From: a virus
Strand: one strand, 5' to 3'
IMG/VR virus record: IMGVR_UViG_3300002460_000077
Coordinates: 1 to 40,543 of that record
Length of the DNA: 40,543 nt
Shown: positions 37,609 to 40,543 of the stretch, piece by piece
Layout of the letters: every line of letters starts with the position of its first letter
How positions within the stretch are numbered: the stretch's first letter is position 1
Made by a program: the position numbers and the translations under genes
The notes under the pieces: generated by a model
Seen by the model: the letters and a program-made list of their open reading frames with translations, nothing else
What the model was told of the DNA's origin: nothing
Databases searched by the model: none

Positions 37609-37911
37609 TCAGAAAGGCACATCGTCTCCCATGTTTTGCGCCTGGTGCTGGTTCCCTGTGTCCTTTTGGGCCTGTTTCGGCTGCCCACTTTGGTAAAACA
37701 CCTTTGCGTTTCCGATGATAGGTGGCTTGCGGCCCGCCTCCCGATCCTCCTTGCTGGCCGACTGTGTTACCGTGCCGTTGTCTCCGTACTCGCTTGTTTC
37801 TTCGGTGTCGAGGAATAGGGTTAGGTCAAGATATTTCCCATTTTTCCCCTGGTATAGCTTGTCCTTATCTATCTTGGTCACATCCAGCTTGACCGAAATT
37901 CCCATTTTCAT
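37609..37911 (-). CDS. Single-stranded DNA-binding protein-like, with a C-terminal acidic tip
   Basis: Ends in GDDVPF, like the bacterial SSB DDDIPF protein-interaction tip; Gln/Gly-rich linker; sits next to the helicase and primase genes. Confidence 0.55.
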   Translation of the reverse strand: MKMGISVKLDVTKIDKDKLYQGKNGKYLDLTLFLDTEETSEYGDNGTVTQSASKEDREAGRKPPIIGNAKVFYQSGQPKQAQKDTGNQHQAQNMGDDVPF

Positions 37912-37920
37912 TTTCTGCTC

Positions 37921-39447
37921 CTAATCTTTCTGCCATCCGCTTAATGCGCTTTCGGGTTTTCTCTCTTTTGATTTTGCCCATTTTATATTTGCATGTGTGA
38001 TAAATTTCCGCACATCTTCACCAATCGGGCCACTTGCCCCCCATTCTATTTTTGAAGAAGGATCGCACCCGAAAAAATCCTTGTACTTGTGTAGGCTCCA
38101 ACCATACACGCCTCCGCGTCCTACACGAAACCCCTTTTCAACCGCATACGAGTTCAACCCAGACAAGAACGCTTGTTTTTGCGCCAAAGTATACCCTTTC
38201 CGGTTTCTCTTGACCTCTTGCAGTTCCCCTGCTTCTGTTTCCACGTCTGCGATGTGTTCCGCCACCAGGCCGCAGGCCGGACACTTGCAAGCCCCTGCCG
38301 GTTTCAAATATTCGCATGACGGGCAGAGGATGGGCAGTTTTTCCTTTTTCTCCTTTTCTTTTTTGTCTTTCGCTTCTTTTTTCTTGCCGTCATCAAGCTC
38401 AGTAAATTCAATATCGTCGATAAACCCCAACCGCTCATTATTTCCGGAGTGGTCAAGAATAACACAGTCTATTTTTCCTTGTGAGGTGCGAAGACCACGG
38501 CCTATTTGCTGAATATGCCGCATTAGCGATTTTGTGGGGAGTGCCTGGATTATGCACGAAACAACCGGGCAATCAAACCCTTTTGTCAAAATATCAACAC
38601 AAGAAACAATTTGTGTTTCAAGGTTTGCAAGCCGCCTTAATATCGCCGCCCTGGTATCCTTGTCGGTGAAGGAGTCAATGTGTTCTGCCCTCACGCCAAC
38701 TTTGCAAAACTCCCGGACAATGTGCTTGGAGTGCGCCACGTTTGTTGCAAAACATATTGTTTGCCGGCTTCCACCCTTCTCCATCCAGGTCTTGATGATA
38801 TCTGCTACGATCTTCGGTTTATCTGCCCGCTCTCCCAGCTCTTTTTGGTCATAATCTCCAGCAATCGTCTTAACCCCGGACACGTCGATGGTTCTTGGTC
38901 CGTAAACCTTGAAGTCTACAAGGTGGCCCTGCTCGATAAGTTGCTTTGCGGTTACAGGAGAAATTAAACCGTCAAAATGTTTGCCTAGTCCCTTTGTGAA
39001 AGGAGTGGCGGACAGGCCGACAATAAAGCTCCCCTCGTTCTCTGCGAGTAATCTCTTGTGCGCAGCGTGGAATGTTTGCACTTCATCCACAATAATTAGG
39101 TCAAATTGTTTCGTCTTTCTGCGGGCCAGCGTTTGGATAGAACAAACTTGTACTTGCTCTGCGGGATCATAACGCGGATGGTCGCCCTGGATTACCCCGT
39201 GAGACACCCCCTCCATGTCCAGCCGGGCCGATGTTTGGTTTATCAACTCGATCCTGTCACACACAAAACCACACCGAAGACCTTTTGCCGCCGCCTGTTT
39301 TATCATGTGTGTAGAAATAACTGTCTTCCCTGCCGCCGTTGCCAGCATGATAACCAGCTTCTTTTTTCCCTGGCTAAAAAACTTTCTGGCCTGATTGACT
39401 GTCTCTATCTGGTAATCACGCAATTTTGTTTCTGGAAATTTAAACAT
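37921..39447 (-). CDS. Superfamily-2 DNA helicase (DEAD/DEAH-like) with a C-terminal zinc ribbon
   Basis: Motif I LATAAGKT, II DEVQ, III LSATP, VI QQIGRGLR; CPSC...CKCPAC ribbon; ATG at 39447 just after the primase stop. Confidence 0.85.
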   Translation of the reverse strand: MFKFPETKLRDYQIETVNQARKFFSQGKKKLVIMLATAAGKTVISTHMIKQAAAKGLRCGFVCDRIELINQTSARLDMEGVSHGVIQGDHPRYDPAEQVQVCSIQTLARRKTKQFDLIIVDEVQTFHAAHKRLLAENEGSFIVGLSATPFTKGLGKHFDGLISPVTAKQLIEQGHLVDFKVYGPRTIDVSGVKTIAGDYDQKELGERADKPKIVADIIKTWMEKGGSRQTICFATNVAHSKHIVREFCKVGVRAEHIDSFTDKDTRAAILRRLANLETQIVSCVDILTKGFDCPVVSCIIQALPTKSLMRHIQQIGRGLRTSQGKIDCVILDHSGNNERLGFIDDIEFTELDDGKKKEAKDKKEKEKKEKLPILCPSCEYLKPAGACKCPACGLVAEHIADVETEAGELQEVKRNRKGYTLAQKQAFLSGLNSYAVEKGFRVGRGGVYGWSLHKYKDFFGCDPSSKIEWGASGPIGEDVRKFITHANIKWAKSKERKPESALSGWQKD

Positions 39448-39448
39448 A

Positions 39449-40276
39449 TCACCCGCCATATCTTGAAACAGAATTAAAAATTGACTGTATCTCGTGCTCT
39501 GGCAATGGTGGGTCGCATGCCAAACCTTCTCGTAATGCCTCGCTCCACAAGTCGCTACCACGAACCCCCCTCGATATGGCCCCACACAAGCGCCTCATAA
39601 CGTGTTGGTTTCTATTGCCCTCTCCCGCCCCATAAGACCCCTTGTAGTCGCCGCTGGTGTTCGCGGCATACTTGGGGGCGGAAAAAAGTTTTCTGGCTGG
39701 TGGAGGCCACTTCTCGCACGCCTCAGCAAAAGTTATCATGTTTGGCTCTGGTCGGTAAACGATTGTGGATAAAAAAGGCTCATGCTTGTGGTGGTAGAAT
39801 CCTGGCACCCTCATAACGCGGGGCAAGTCACAAACCTTAACGTCACCGTTGTATTTTGCCGCTATGCTTTGCTGTATCTGCTTGAACCCAGCCAGGGGGC
39901 AATCTGCAATACGCCAGTAAGCATGATATTTTTTAGATGACGTTTCCACCACCATGTCCGGCATATCGTCAAGCACCGGGTCAAGAGGTGCGCCATCAAG
40001 GTCAACAAACACACAGCGAACCCGCATCACATCTTCTGCCTTTCTTCCCTTGCCGTTTGTTTCATTCACCACGGCGTACACCCCGGCACCTTGCCCGTTC
40101 AGGTAGTTCAGTTTTTCACCCAACTGTGTCAATGTGCCATGCTCAACCCGTGTGAGTTTAAATCTTTTGTCGCCTTTGTCCGCTTCTTTGTCGGGAAAAG
40201 TTTGCCAGGTGATTAGACCGCCAAGGAACGACTCGAAAAGTTTCTGTTGGTTTTTCTGGGTTTCGGAAATTTCCAT
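39449..40276 (-). CDS. DNA primase / replication initiator (RepB-type primase domain plus PriCT-like C-terminus)
   Basis: GAGVYAVVNETNGKGRKAEDVMRVRCVFVDLDG...KYHAYWR...VMRVPGFYHHK, and C-terminal GNRNQHVMRRLCGAISRG...PPLPEHEIQSIFNSVSRY. Confidence 0.75.
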   Translation of the reverse strand: MEISETQKNQQKLFESFLGGLITWQTFPDKEADKGDKRFKLTRVEHGTLTQLGEKLNYLNGQGAGVYAVVNETNGKGRKAEDVMRVRCVFVDLDGAPLDPVLDDMPDMVVETSSKKYHAYWRIADCPLAGFKQIQQSIAAKYNGDVKVCDLPRVMRVPGFYHHKHEPFLSTIVYRPEPNMITFAEACEKWPPPARKLFSAPKYAANTSGDYKGSYGAGEGNRNQHVMRRLCGAISRGVRGSDLWSEALREGLACDPPLPEHEIQSIFNSVSRYGG

Positions 40277-40341
40277 TTTCTAAATCTCTCCCCTATACCT
40301 TCCTGGTGTAATGTGCTCTGCTCTGATCTACTCTGGTGTGT

Positions 40342-40372
40342 CGTCACGGCGTCACGGCGGCGTCACGGCGGC
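40342..40372. repeat. Short tandem repeat GTCACGGC(GGC), about 3 copies
   Basis: CGTCACGGC GTCACGGCGGC GTCACGGCGGC GTCAAG; spans the stop of the junction ORF, 66-96 nt upstream of the primase start. Confidence 0.85.
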
Positions 40373-40543
40373 GTCAAGAACCCCAAGGAAATAAATTTCT
40401 CAAGGTCTGGCTCTGCATCTAACTGGCAGATTTTGCGCAAAAAAAACGGATCAGCAGGTATATCTCCCGCGTTGTCAGCAGCCACAATCCACATGGATAT
40501 AAGTTGTCCCTTTTCTGCATCTGACAAGCTGGCCCATTTCTGG
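40363..40543 (-). CDS. 3' part of the junction-spanning 93-aa ORF (40449-40543 duplicates 1-95)
   Basis: Reading frame continuous with 1-196; TGA at 40363-40365. Confidence 0.5.
   Translation of the reverse strand, partial: QKWASLSDAEKGQLISMWIVAADNAGDIPADPFFLRKICQLDAEPDLEKFISLGFLTPP
40449..40543. repeat. Terminal direct repeat, copy 2
   Basis: Identical to 1-95. Confidence 0.95.

Noticed and set aside
1-40543. CRISPR array, diversity-generating retroelement, retron, integrase/att system, toxin-antitoxin pair
   Set aside because: No spaced direct repeats, reverse transcriptase, tyrosine/serine recombinase motifs or long template/variable repeat pair were seen. The RHH gene plus the 56-aa ORF lack any recognisable toxin fold, so no TA call was made.

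Overview
The window is one complete dsDNA phage genome of about 40.4 kb. The first 95 nt (1-95) recur exactly at 40449-40543, so the unit length is 40448 bp. That repeat is either a circular-assembly overlap or terminal redundancy, and one ORF reads across the junction. Almost every gene is on the minus strand, in tightly packed and often ATGA/TGATG-coupled operons.

In transcription order on the minus strand:
- An RHH regulator with a divergent promoter region (about 7850-7980).
- A long run of small early ORFs, many of them membrane or zinc-ribbon proteins (7703 down to 4592).
- A recombination/modification module (frameshifted HNH, Rad52-like annealase, NinB-like, DUF968-like, beta-class DNA methyltransferase) from 4425 down to 836.
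- Across the junction, a replication module (primase with PriCT, SF2 helicase, SSB-like) from 40276 down to 37609.
- More small ORFs, two HNH genes and a MazG-like gene.
- TerS and TerL, then a 228-nt non-coding structured stretch ending in a strong terminator.
- Portal, GroES-like, scaffold and major capsid protein.
- Adaptor, nozzle and fibre genes, a papain-family (C1) peptidase, a GNAT acetyltransferase and three large Ala/Gly/Gln-rich putative ejection proteins.
- A lysis cassette: 4-TM protein, TM protein, ferredoxin-like protein, lipoprotein, DUF1353 and an M15 endolysin.

The only plus-strand block (7954-10372) is a 2.4-kb island with its own promoter. It holds six small Cys-rich ORFs and one further small ORF without Cys motifs, an HNH-AP2 homing endonuclease, an aberrant tRNA-like cloverleaf and a convergent terminator.

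The architecture is podovirus-like, with no tape measure, sheath or major tail protein genes recognisable. I found no integrase, DNA polymerase, RNA polymerase, reverse transcriptase or CRISPR array. Thirteen plausible ORFs shorter than 60 aa are missing from the supplied track and were translated by hand. All functional calls rest on motif recognition by eye. No database search was run.
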